From assembly GCA_964498895.1 (NCBI GenBank), contig CAZCIM010000003.1, positions 9,186-73,185 of the forward strand: 64,000 bases of DNA, written 5' to 3'. Both the position numbers and the translations under genes were made by a program. The notes below the pieces were generated by a model. It did no database searches. It saw nothing but the letters and a program-made list of their open reading frames with translations, and was not told where the DNA came from. The stretch's first letter is position 1. Every line of letters starts with the position of its first letter. Below, piece by piece: positions 39,875 to 49,152 of the stretch. The stretch comes from an uncultured Gemmatimonas sp. Lineage in GTDB: Bacteria > Gemmatimonadota > Gemmatimonadetes > Gemmatimonadales > Gemmatimonadaceae.

Positions 39875-40825
39875 ATGACCGACACTGCATGTCGCTTCCG
39901 GATGCCTTGCCGTAGGGCCGCCGCCGCGCTCGCGGCGGGACTGCTGCTCGCCACCGCGCCGTTGCACGCCCAGCGCAGCCAGCGCGTTGAACTGCGCGTA
40001 GGCGGCGCGACGCGCAGCGCCGAGCTCCGCATCCCGCGCGCCGCGCCTGCCGCGGGCAGCAAGCGTCCGCTGGTGATCGTGCTCCACGGAGGTGGCGGCA
40101 ACGCCGCGAACGCCGAGGAGATGACCGGCTTTACCGCGCTGGTGGAGCGCGAAGGATTGGTGGTGGCGTACGCCAACGGCAGCGGCCGCCTCGCGCGGCA
40201 GACGCGCTTGCTCACGTGGAACGCGCGCTACTGCTGCTCCGTGGCGATGGAGCGCAACGTGGACGATGTGGCGTTCATTGCCGCGCTCATTGATACGCTC
40301 ATCGCCTCGCAGCAGGTGGACGCGCGCCGCGTCTTCGTGACGGGCATGTCAAACGGCGCGATGATGAGCCACGTGGCCGGTTGGCGATTGGCCGGCAAGG
40401 TCGCGGCGATCGCGCCCGTGGTGGGCACGGTGTTCGGTGACGAACCCCCGCCGCCTGTGCCGGTGCGCGCGATCATGATCAACGGCATGCAGGACCGCAA
40501 TGTGCCGTTCGCGGGCGGCACGCCCGGTGCCGCGACCGGCAACGCCTGGCGTCGCGACGCGCGGCCCGCGCTCGAGCAAGGGCAGTACTGGGCGCGCGCC
40601 AACGGCTGCGGGCTCACGCCGAGTCGCGATTCCACGGCGAACGTGATTCGGTATCGCTGGCCCTGCCCGGCGGGCCGCGAGGTGGAACTGTTGGCCGTGG
40701 TGGACGGCGGTCACGCGTGGCCGGGTGGGCGCAGCGGACGGCGGCGGGGCGGGGATCCGGTGCCGGCGCGGCCGAATGCGACGGCGGAGATCTGGGCGTT
40801 CTTCAAGGCGACGCCAGAGCCGTAG
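39875..40825 (+). CDS. Secreted PHB-depolymerase/LpqP-like esterase
   Basis: LVIVLHGGGG, DDVAFI, TGMSNGA, GGHAWPG; start 39875 or 39902. Confidence 0.85.
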   Translation: MTDTACRFRMPCRRAAAALAAGLLLATAPLHAQRSQRVELRVGGATRSAELRIPRAAPAAGSKRPLVIVLHGGGGNAANAEEMTGFTALVEREGLVVAYANGSGRLARQTRLLTWNARYCCSVAMERNVDDVAFIAALIDTLIASQQVDARRVFVTGMSNGAMMSHVAGWRLAGKVAAIAPVVGTVFGDEPPPPVPVRAIMINGMQDRNVPFAGGTPGAATGNAWRRDARPALEQGQYWARANGCGLTPSRDSTANVIRYRWPCPAGREVELLAVVDGGHAWPGGRSGRRRGGDPVPARPNATAEIWAFFKATPEP

Positions 40826-40844
40826 GCGCGTGTGGCGCTCGCCT

Positions 40845-41201
40845 TCAGGACGGCGTGCGCAGGATCTTCTCCATCGGCCAGCCCTTCGCGAGTTCGTCCA
40901 CGAGCTTGTCGAGATAGCGGATCTTCCGCATGAGCGGGTCCTCGACGTTCTCGACGCGCACCCCGCACACGACGCCCGTGATGAGGTCCGCGTGCGGATT
41001 GAGCTTCGGCGCGTCGTCGAAGAAGGTCTGGATGCTGACCTCTGCCTTGAGCTGCTTGGCGAACGCCGCCGCCGAGTAGCCGGTGAGCCAGCGGACGACC
41101 TGATCCACCTCGGCGGCAGAGCGGCCCTTCTTGGTGGCCTTGGCCACGTAGGCCGGGTACACCGAGGAGAACTTCATGGCGAAGAGGCGCTCGAGCTTCA
41201 T
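40845..41201 (-). CDS. DUF2200 family protein
   Basis: [47 protein letters not shown]. Confidence 0.85.
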   Translation of the reverse strand: MKLERLFAMKFSSVYPAYVAKATKKGRSAAEVDQVVRWLTGYSAAAFAKQLKAEVSIQTFFDDAPKLNPHADLITGVVCGVRVENVEDPLMRKIRYLDKLVDELAKGWPMEKILRTPS

Positions 41202-41210
41202 GCGAGTAGT

Positions 41211-41795
41211 CTACCTCTTCTTCGCGAGCATCGCGACCAGCGAGGCGATCTTCCGCGCGCGGCCCTCGGGTGTGCGCATGGCGTTCACGCGGTACATCAA
41301 CGCGAAGAGATTCGTCTTGCTGAGCGTCGCGAACGTGCGCTCGGCTTTCGCGTTCTTGCGAATGGCCGCGCGCAGGTCCGCGGGGATGGCATCGGCGGAG
41401 GCGCTGCGAATGGGCGCATAGGCCGCGTCCCAGCGCCCGTCTTGCTTGGCCGCCTCCACATGCTTGAGCCCGTGCGGCGTCATGCGACCCTCGCGGGTGA
41501 GCCGCGCGATGTGCTCGCGATTCACCTGGCTCCACACGCTCTTCGGGCGCCGCTGCGTGAAGCGCTGCAGGAACGAGACCGCGTCATGACTCTTCTTGAT
41601 GCCATCGATCCAGCCCCAGCACAGCGCCACGTCCAAGGCCTCGGCGTAGGTGATGGTCTGGACGCCGGAGTCCTTCTTGTAGATCTGTAGCCACAGCTCG
41701 TCGGCGGTGGCGTGGTTGGCGGAGAGCCAACGCTCGAATGCTGCGGCGGTCGGGAAGGGTTTGATGCGCGCGGGGTTGGGGATCACGGGAGGCAT
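41211..41795 (-). CDS. YdeI/OmpD-associated family protein
   Basis: WLSANH, ALCWGWIDG, RFTQRRPKSVWS, DGRWDAAY. Confidence 0.88.
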   Translation of the reverse strand: MPPVIPNPARIKPFPTAAAFERWLSANHATADELWLQIYKKDSGVQTITYAEALDVALCWGWIDGIKKSHDAVSFLQRFTQRRPKSVWSQVNREHIARLTREGRMTPHGLKHVEAAKQDGRWDAAYAPIRSASADAIPADLRAAIRKNAKAERTFATLSKTNLFALMYRVNAMRTPEGRARKIASLVAMLAKKR

Positions 41796-41844
41796 GGGAG
41801 GTGCAGGAAGGGGCGAAGGAGAAGCTAGCGCGCTAGGTTCGGGC

Positions 41845-42843
41845 ATGCCTTCCATGCCTCGCTTCCTCGCCGCGGCGCCAGCACGCCGGTTTCCCTCAGT
41901 ATTGGTCCTTATGGTCGGGCTCGCATTGGGCCTTGCCGCATGCGCCGGCCGTACCGCGCCGGTGTTCCAGCATGACGTGACGGGCAGCGCCGTCCCGTGG
42001 ACCCACGCCAACTTCGACACCGCGGGTAATCGCTTCAGCTTCGCTGTAGTGAGCGACCTCAACGGCGGCGAGCGGCCCGATGTGTTTCGGCAGGCCGTCG
42101 CGCAGCTCGCGCTGCTACGGCCTGAACTCGTGATGAGCGTCGGCGATTTGATTGACGGCCCCACCACCGACAAGGACTCGCTGACCCGCGAGTGGGAGAG
42201 CTTCGACGCGCGGGCCCGGGCGATGCCGGCGCCGTTCTTTAGGGTGGGTGGCAATCACGACCTGACCGGCACCGAGCTCCGCGAGGTGTGGCGGGCGCGC
42301 TACGGCCCCACGTACTACGCGTTCGTGTACAAGGAGGCGTTGTTCCTCGTGCTCGACACCGAGGACTTAAGCCCCGAGCGCGCGCGGGCGATCTTCGAGG
42401 CGCGCACCAACGCGGTTCGTGCTGCTGCCGAGAACCGGCCGGGGCAGGACACGCTGCCGTACTACCGCATGCAGGAGCGCGCGACGGGCGACATCGGGGC
42501 GGAGCAGGCCGCGTACATGCAGCGGGCGATCGCGGCGCATCCGGAGGTGCGGTGGACGTTCCTGTTCCTGCACAAGCCGGTGTGGCGGAATGCTTCAGAT
42601 GCGGACTTCAAGGCGATTGAGGCTGCGTTAGGGGCGCGGCCTTACACGGTGTTTAGTGGGCATTTGCATTCGTTGTCGCGGGAGGTGCGGTTGGGGCGGG
42701 AGTATTTCACGCTGGGGACTACGGGCGGGGGGCAGAATCCGCGGGATCCGATGGCGATGGATCACCTCACTTGGGTGACGCTCGGGGCTTCGGGCGTTTC
42801 AGTGGCCCATTTGCGGATGGACGGTATTCTGAAAGAATTGTAG
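41845..42843 (+). CDS. Calcineurin-like metallophosphoesterase (lipoprotein)
   Basis: Lipobox LAAC, SDLN, GDLID, GNHD, GHLH. Confidence 0.85.
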   Translation: MPSMPRFLAAAPARRFPSVLVLMVGLALGLAACAGRTAPVFQHDVTGSAVPWTHANFDTAGNRFSFAVVSDLNGGERPDVFRQAVAQLALLRPELVMSVGDLIDGPTTDKDSLTREWESFDARARAMPAPFFRVGGNHDLTGTELREVWRARYGPTYYAFVYKEALFLVLDTEDLSPERARAIFEARTNAVRAAAENRPGQDTLPYYRMQERATGDIGAEQAAYMQRAIAAHPEVRWTFLFLHKPVWRNASDADFKAIEAALGARPYTVFSGHLHSLSREVRLGREYFTLGTTGGGQNPRDPMAMDHLTWVTLGASGVSVAHLRMDGILKEL

Positions 42844-42906
42844 CGGCGTATCTTGCAGGGTGTACGGGAAAGTCCTACAATAGCGGGAACATTCTAGGAG
42901 CCCTTC

Positions 42907-44106
42907 GTGGCGCGCCTCGCGTTCGTTCCGCTGATTTTTGTGTGGCTCTTGGCGATTGCGTTGCCGTCGAACGCACTCGGGCAGATTTCGACCATGCCCA
43001 GCGGGTATCTGGACGCGTTCCCGGAGCCTGCAGCGGTCGTGGCTCGCATTCAAGGTTCTGATCCCATTGATCGGGCAGCCAGACAGGACGCGGCACTGCG
43101 CGTGCTCTTCAGGATTCACGACGATCTGAATATTGCGAGGCGGGCGGAAGAGAATCGATCTGGTCGTAGGCCATCCGAATCCATTCAAGCCGAAGAGAAA
43201 TTCTTAGAGCAGTACCGAGCCTTCGATCGCGACGCCCTGCGCCCAGTCGGCTTGACTGCCGCTGAGCAGCAGGCGTTCCGCAATCGCGTGACTGACCTCT
43301 CAACGATCGATCGCGAGTTCAAGCGAGAGGTGCTTGAGGAGTTCTTCTCGCCCGAATGGCGCAGGGGATACTCCGCGACGATGGCAGTATTGCGCGCCCC
43401 CGCGGAAACCGTCGAGCCGGAGCAAGACGTCGCTATCGAAGAGCTCGGCCCGCGTCGCGGCCGCAGGCAAGCGCGTTCCGACGCGTCGGCGCGACTCGTC
43501 GGGGAAGTCTTCGACTTCGCCTGGTTCTTTCTGCTGCTCTACCTTGTGGTGACGGCACTTGCTCCCAGAATCTCGCGGATGCTCGTCCTCATGTTCCGGC
43601 GCCGCACGCGCCCGTGCGCCAACTGCGGTAACGTGCTGAGTGTGGACGCGCTCAAGTGCCCGCAGTGCGGGCAGGCGACCGCTCGAGCTGCAGGTAAAAC
43701 GAAGCTGAAGGCCTGTCGTCGTTGCGGTGAGAAGCTTGAGGTGGCTGCTCACCGTGTTGCCTGGCGCGAATACGATAGCTTCACGAGCCCGACTAGCGTT
43801 CACACCACGACCAGCGGAAGCAGCACGTCTACGACCGTGACGGGCGGTGGGACGACCACCATCTCGCGGCACGCCGTGAGGCACACCCCGTGCACTCGCT
43901 GTGGCGAACCGCGCCCGCTGCTTCGCCTCGTTGATATCAATTGGATCGGCAACCACGTGGTGCCGATGTTCTTCTTCCTGCTGTTCTTGACCGTGACAGC
44001 GCTTGCAATGTTCCGCGCGAACATCGGCGGCGCGGAGTTCTGGTGGCTGCACATATTCATCTTCGTCTGGTGGCTCGTGCGGGTGCAGCACTGGCTGTTC
44101 GACTAG
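42907..44106 (+). CDS. Hypothetical membrane protein with zinc ribbons
   Basis: AGGAG RBS, signal peptide, TM, CANC/CPQC/CRRC/CTRC, two C-terminal TMs. Confidence 0.7.
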   Translation: MARLAFVPLIFVWLLAIALPSNALGQISTMPSGYLDAFPEPAAVVARIQGSDPIDRAARQDAALRVLFRIHDDLNIARRAEENRSGRRPSESIQAEEKFLEQYRAFDRDALRPVGLTAAEQQAFRNRVTDLSTIDREFKREVLEEFFSPEWRRGYSATMAVLRAPAETVEPEQDVAIEELGPRRGRRQARSDASARLVGEVFDFAWFFLLLYLVVTALAPRISRMLVLMFRRRTRPCANCGNVLSVDALKCPQCGQATARAAGKTKLKACRRCGEKLEVAAHRVAWREYDSFTSPTSVHTTTSGSSTSTTVTGGGTTTISRHAVRHTPCTRCGEPRPLLRLVDINWIGNHVVPMFFFLLFLTVTALAMFRANIGGAEFWWLHIFIFVWWLVRVQHWLFD

Positions 44107-44149
44107 GCGCAAGTGCACCGCTCGGAGAGATCGACGCGCGCGTTTCGTA

Positions 44150-44510
44150 GCCGTGGACTTCGCCTTTGCGGGTTTCGTGGTGTTTACAGTCGGCCACGCG
44201 GAGGGGAGGCCGGAGACAGCGCTCGGTTCCCGCTGGGCAACTTCGAGCAACCTGAGCGCCGCGCCGTCCGAGCGCCGGCGCCTGGCCTCCGGGACCCGCA
44301 CGGGCTGAGGGCTCACGTTGAGATAGCTCGCGAAGACCGCGCGGGAGGCATTGACGCTCTTGCGCAGTTGGCGGACTTCTGAGGCCGCTAAGCAGCGAGG
44401 GCGGGCGGGGAACACTGCCGGCCGCATGTCTCGCTCGCGTCGGGCTTGCTTGAGGGCCTCGCCGATGGATTGCGCCAGTTGGTCTGGCCCGCGCTTCTTC
44501 TTTCTCGCAA
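44150..44510 (-). pseudogene. Decayed XRE/HigA-like HTH antitoxin
   Basis: RKKKRGPDQLAQSIGEALKQAR..EVRQLRKSVNASRAVFASYLNVS..GAALRLLEVA; original start and stop appear lost; WE motif corrupted. Confidence 0.55.
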
Positions 44511-44893
44511 GTGGCCCTTCTGCCGTCCCAGCTCGGGCAGGCCGACCTCATGCGTGCCGTCGGTTTCTCTCTTTCTGGGCGTAGTCGGTGGCCCCTTCCA
44601 GACGGGACACGGACAGGCGCTTAGCCATATCTGGAAGTGCGATAGACTGCAGTCAACATGAGGGCAGCTATCGAGCCGCTAACGCAACCGGATCAAGCAT
44701 CCCCCTGCCTCCTTTTCGGACTGTTCAGCGCCGGCCTGCCATTCTCGCGTTGAGCCCCTTGCGGCGAGGGGCGGCCTGTGCACATCGCCGTCAGCGACCC
44801 CACGCGGCTTGCCCGTTGCGTCTCGATTGCGTGCTAGGGCACTAGCCTTAGAACGCTGGTGCGAATCTCAGTCCCCCGTCGTATTTTCCGCTG

Positions 44894-47800
44894 GTGAGCA
44901 CCGAATTCTTCAATAAGCCAATCCTGAACTCGCCGTACGAGTATCCCGGCAAGCACTGGGAACTCGACGAGAGCGGCCAGCCAACCGGCCGAGTGAACGA
45001 GCATCGTCGCCGCGTCTCGTTCATCACGCCGATCCCGAAGCCGAAGAAGCAATCCAAGGCGCAGACCGCCTTCGTCCTCGATGAAGGTGCCGGACTCTCC
45101 ACCGGCGAGCAGGAATACCATCGGAACCTGATCAACGACCTGCGCGTGCAGGTAGACCGATGGCGTGCACTGAAGGATCCGGCCACTTGGCACGTCACGC
45201 CGGAGACGGCGCGCCTGCTTCAACATTGGCGACACTACAAGTTCAACGGGGTGCGGCCGTTCTTCTGCCAGGTAGAGGCAGTTGAGACGGCAATCTGGCT
45301 GACGGAAGTGGCGCCGCACATCGGGAAGGAAGGCCAGCGCTTCCTCAATCACCTGGACGCGGTGAACGCCGAGGCGAATCCCGGCTTGATGCGCCTCGCG
45401 CTCAAGCTGGCGACCGGTGCTGGCAAGACGACAGTGATGGCGATGCTCATCGCCTGGCAGACTGTGAATGCCGTACGGCATCCCGGCTCGAAGCGCTTCA
45501 CCCGCGGCTTCCTGATCGTGACGCCGGGCATCACGATCAAGGACCGACTCCGCGTGCTCCAGCCGAACGACCCGGAGTCGTACTACCAGCAACGTGAGCT
45601 GGTGCCGATGGACCTGCTCCGCGAGGTGCAGCACGCCAAGATCGTCATCACAAACTACCACGCGTTCAAGCTGCGTGAGCGTTGGGAGATCTCGAAGGGC
45701 GGCCGAGCGCTGCTCCAAGGCCACGGCCCGGAATTGATGACCACCGAGACCGAAGGCCAGATGCTCCAGCGCGTGATGCCGGAGCTAATGGGCTTCAAGA
45801 ACATTTTGGCGATCAATGACGAGGCGCATCACTGCTACCGCGAGAAGGTCGGCGAGGTAGACGCTGCCGAGGACGACCTGAAGGGTGATGACCGCAAGGA
45901 GGCCGAGGAAAACAAGGAAGCCGCGCGGCTGTGGATCTCCGGACTAGAAGCCGTCCAGCGCAAGCTTGGCCTGCAGCGGGTGATGGACCTTTCCGCGACA
46001 CCGTTCTTCTTGCGCGGCTCGGGCTACGCCGAGGGCACGCTATTCCCGTGGACGCTCAGCGACTTCTCGCTGATGGATGCGATCGAGTGCGGCATCGTGA
46101 AGCTGCCGCGGGTACCAGTTGCGGATAACATCCCGGGTGCCGAGGTGCCGGTCTACCGCAACCTGTGGGAGCACACCCGCAGCAAGATGCCCAAGGCGGG
46201 TCGCAAGACGGGCGGTGCGGCGGATCCATTGCTGCTACCGACGCAGCTCAAGACAGCGATCGAGGCGCTGTACGGCCACTACGAGAAGACGTACGAGCGC
46301 TGGGCTAACACTCCCGGCGTGGACGTGCCGCCGTGTTTCATTGTCGTGTGCAATAACACGGCCGCGTCGAAGCTCGTGTTCGACTACATCAGCGGATTCG
46401 AGCGCACGCTGGACGATGGCAAGACGCAGTTCGTGCCTGGAAAGCTCGAGCTCTTCCGGAACTTCGACGCTGACGGTAAGCCGCTCGCCCGGCCGCGTAC
46501 CCTGCTCATCGACAGCGCTCAACTGGAATCCGGCGAAGGACTCGACGACAACTTCCGAAAAGTCGCCGCGACTGAGATTGAGCACTTCAGGCGAGAGCAG
46601 ACGCAGCGCACGGGCCAGCAAGTGAGCGCCGGTGATATCTCGGACGCCGAGCTGCTGCGCGAGGTGATGAACACCGTCGGCAAGAAGGGGCGGCTCGGCG
46701 AAGGCATTCGTTGCGTCGTGTCGGTCTCGATGCTGACAGAAGGATGGGACGCGAACACCGTCACGCACGTGCTCGGCGTGCGCGCCTTCGGCACGCAGCT
46801 GCTCTGCGAGCAGGTGATCGGGCGCGCCCTGCGCCGGCAATCGTATGAATTGAACGACCAGGGACGCTTTGACGTGGAGTATGCCGACGTCCTCGGCATT
46901 CCCTTCGATTTCACGGCGGAGCCCGTTGAGGCGACGCCGGGCCCGGTAAAGCCGACGGTGACCGTGAAGGCCGTGTCGCCGGATCGCGACCATCTCGAAA
47001 TCCGCTTCCCGCGCGTGGAAGGCTACCGCGTGGCCCTACCCGAGGAGCGGCTTGAGGCCAAGTTCGGACCCGACAGCAGCCTTACGCTGTCGCCGGAGCT
47101 GATCGGCCCCACGGTCGTGCGCAACGAGGGACTGATCGGCCAAGGCGTGGACCTGACGGTCGCGCATCTGCGGGAGACACGCCAGAACACGATCTTGTTC
47201 CACCTCGCGCACTACCTCTTGCTCAAGCATTGGCGCGACCCCAACGGCGCGCCCAAGCTCCATCTTTTCGGCCAGCTCAAGCGCATCGCCAAGCAGTGGA
47301 TGGACGAGTACCTGATCTGCAAGGGCGAGACCTACCCGGCGCAGCTGCTCTACGAGGAGTTGGCGGACCTCGCCTGCGAGAAGATTTCGGCGGGCATTGT
47401 CAGCCACTTCGCGGACGGCAAGAACATCGAGGCCTTGCTCGACCCGTACAACCCGAGCGGCTCGACGCGGCACGTGCATTTCAACACGTCGCGGACGCTC
47501 CGCTATCAGGCCAGTCCCGATCGCTGCCATCTGAATTGGATCATCTGCGACAGTTCCTGGGAACAGGAATTTTGCCGAGTGGTCGAGCGCCATCCGTTGG
47601 TGAAGGGCTACGTGAAGAACCACTCGCTCGGGCTCGAGGTCCCGTACCGCTTCGGCACCTCCGCTCGCCGTTACCGGCCTGACTTCGTGCTTCTCGTTGA
47701 CGATGGCCGGGAGGATCCCCTGCATCTCGTCGTCGAGATCAAGGGGCAACGCGGGGAGGACGACAAGGAGAAGGCGCGGGTACTGCGTGAGCAGTGGATC

Positions 47801-47953
47801 CCGGCGGTGAACAGCCTGCGCAGCTACGGACGCTGGGCGGCGGCGGAGTTCACGGACCCCTTTGAGATGCAGGCGGACTTGGCGGCGGTGATCGAGGCCG
47901 AGGTGAATCGGGTGATCGAAGCTGCATCGGGGTTAGGGGTGTCGACGCCCTGA
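44894..47953 (+). CDS. Type III-like restriction endonuclease/helicase (Res; BPTD_3080-like)
   Basis: LATGAGKT, NDEAHH, SAT, LTEGWD, QVIGRALR, C-terminal YRPDF..EIKG nuclease motif. Confidence 0.9.
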   Translation: MSTEFFNKPILNSPYEYPGKHWELDESGQPTGRVNEHRRRVSFITPIPKPKKQSKAQTAFVLDEGAGLSTGEQEYHRNLINDLRVQVDRWRALKDPATWHVTPETARLLQHWRHYKFNGVRPFFCQVEAVETAIWLTEVAPHIGKEGQRFLNHLDAVNAEANPGLMRLALKLATGAGKTTVMAMLIAWQTVNAVRHPGSKRFTRGFLIVTPGITIKDRLRVLQPNDPESYYQQRELVPMDLLREVQHAKIVITNYHAFKLRERWEISKGGRALLQGHGPELMTTETEGQMLQRVMPELMGFKNILAINDEAHHCYREKVGEVDAAEDDLKGDDRKEAEENKEAARLWISGLEAVQRKLGLQRVMDLSATPFFLRGSGYAEGTLFPWTLSDFSLMDAIECGIVKLPRVPVADNIPGAEVPVYRNLWEHTRSKMPKAGRKTGGAADPLLLPTQLKTAIEALYGHYEKTYERWANTPGVDVPPCFIVVCNNTAASKLVFDYISGFERTLDDGKTQFVPGKLELFRNFDADGKPLARPRTLLIDSAQLESGEGLDDNFRKVAATEIEHFRREQTQRTGQQVSAGDISDAELLREVMNTVGKKGRLGEGIRCVVSVSMLTEGWDANTVTHVLGVRAFGTQLLCEQVIGRALRRQSYELNDQGRFDVEYADVLGIPFDFTAEPVEATPGPVKPTVTVKAVSPDRDHLEIRFPRVEGYRVALPEERLEAKFGPDSSLTLSPELIGPTVVRNEGLIGQGVDLTVAHLRETRQNTILFHLAHYLLLKHWRDPNGAPKLHLFGQLKRIAKQWMDEYLICKGETYPAQLLYEELADLACEKISAGIVSHFADGKNIEALLDPYNPSGSTRHVHFNTSRTLRYQASPDRCHLNWIICDSSWEQEFCRVVERHPLVKGYVKNHSLGLEVPYRFGTSARRYRPDFVLLVDDGREDPLHLVVEIKGQRGEDDKEKARVLREQWIPAVNSLRSYGRWAAAEFTDPFEMQADLAAVIEAEVNRVIEAASGLGVSTP

Positions 47954-47964
47954 GGCGCCGCGGC

Positions 47965-48063
47965 ATATCGAAAGATTCTTTAGGTTAGCTAAAAATACAT
48001 ATAGTTTTTTCGGTTTTCTTTAAGTATATTCTCATTCATTATAGATAATCACAACTTCCTTTC
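47965..48063 (+). promoter_or_regulatory. Very AT-rich intergenic stretch, probable promoter for fic-mod
   Basis: About 100 bp dominated by A/T within high-GC DNA; several TANNNT-like hexamers. Confidence 0.5.
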
Positions 48064-49152
48064 GTGAGATTCGCGGACGTTCCCCGTCAGGTGCTTGAGT
48101 CGCCCCGGATTCTCCGGAGGGTGACGGAGGCGTCGCGCGCGCTGGCGGAGTTCAAGGGCTCCGTGGCGGCCATCCCGAATCAGGGCATCCTGCTGAACAC
48201 GCTCGCGTTGCAGGAGGCCAAGGACTCGTCGGCGATCGAAAACATCGTTACCACGCACGACGAACTGTACCGCCACCTGTCTGGTGCCGATGGCAACGAG
48301 AGTCCGGCGGCCAAGGAAGTGCTCCGCTACCGCGAGGCGGTACAGTTGGGCTGGGAGCTCGTCTCTCAGCACGGCCTGATCACGAACAATCACATCTTGA
48401 GCATCCAGTCGCGCCTGGAGCCGAACAAACCCGGCTTCCGGAAGACACCGGGTACGACGCTGCAGGATGGGGCGGGACGCGTGGTGTACACGCCGCCGCA
48501 GGACGCTCGGGACATACTCGCGTTGATGGGGCAGTTGGAGACGGACTTGAATGCCGCAACAGGCGAGGGGCCGGATCCGCTGCTGCGGATGGCGGTGCTG
48601 CACCACTGTTTCGAAAGCATCCACCCGTTTTACGATGGCAACGGGCGCACCGGCCGCATCGTGAACGTGCTCTACCTGATGAAGGAAGGCTTGCTCGACC
48701 TGCCGGTGTTGTACCTCAGCGGTCCGATCGTGCGCAGCAAGCCTCGGTATTACGAGCTCCTGCAGGCCGTGCGCGACCGTTCGGCGTGGGAGGAGTGGAT
48801 CCTGTATATGCTCGACGCCGTTGACGAAAGCTCACGAGACGGGATGGCCCGGATTGCGAGCATCCTTGCGGCGCAGCGCGAGGTGAAGCACCGCGTGCGC
48901 AGCGAGTTCCCAAAGATCTACTCGCAGGACCTGGTCAATAACCTCTTCACGCATCCGTACACCAAGGTGTCGTTCGTGATGGAGGAGCTGGAGAAGTCCC
49001 ACGTGACCGCCGCGAAGTACCTCGACACGCTCAGCGCCGCCGGCATCTTGGAGAAACGCAAGGTCGGTCGTGCGACGTACTACGTGAACATTCGCTTGCT
49101 CGAGATCCTGACTGCGCCGCCCGTGGCGGTGGCGCCAGCCGAGACCCGCTGA
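48064..49152 (+). CDS. Fic-family AMP transferase (class II) with C-terminal wHTH
   Basis: HPFYDGNGRTGR; inhibitory motif SSAIEN. Confidence 0.92.
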   Translation: MRFADVPRQVLESPRILRRVTEASRALAEFKGSVAAIPNQGILLNTLALQEAKDSSAIENIVTTHDELYRHLSGADGNESPAAKEVLRYREAVQLGWELVSQHGLITNNHILSIQSRLEPNKPGFRKTPGTTLQDGAGRVVYTPPQDARDILALMGQLETDLNAATGEGPDPLLRMAVLHHCFESIHPFYDGNGRTGRIVNVLYLMKEGLLDLPVLYLSGPIVRSKPRYYELLQAVRDRSAWEEWILYMLDAVDESSRDGMARIASILAAQREVKHRVRSEFPKIYSQDLVNNLFTHPYTKVSFVMEELEKSHVTAAKYLDTLSAAGILEKRKVGRATYYVNIRLLEILTAPPVAVAPAETR

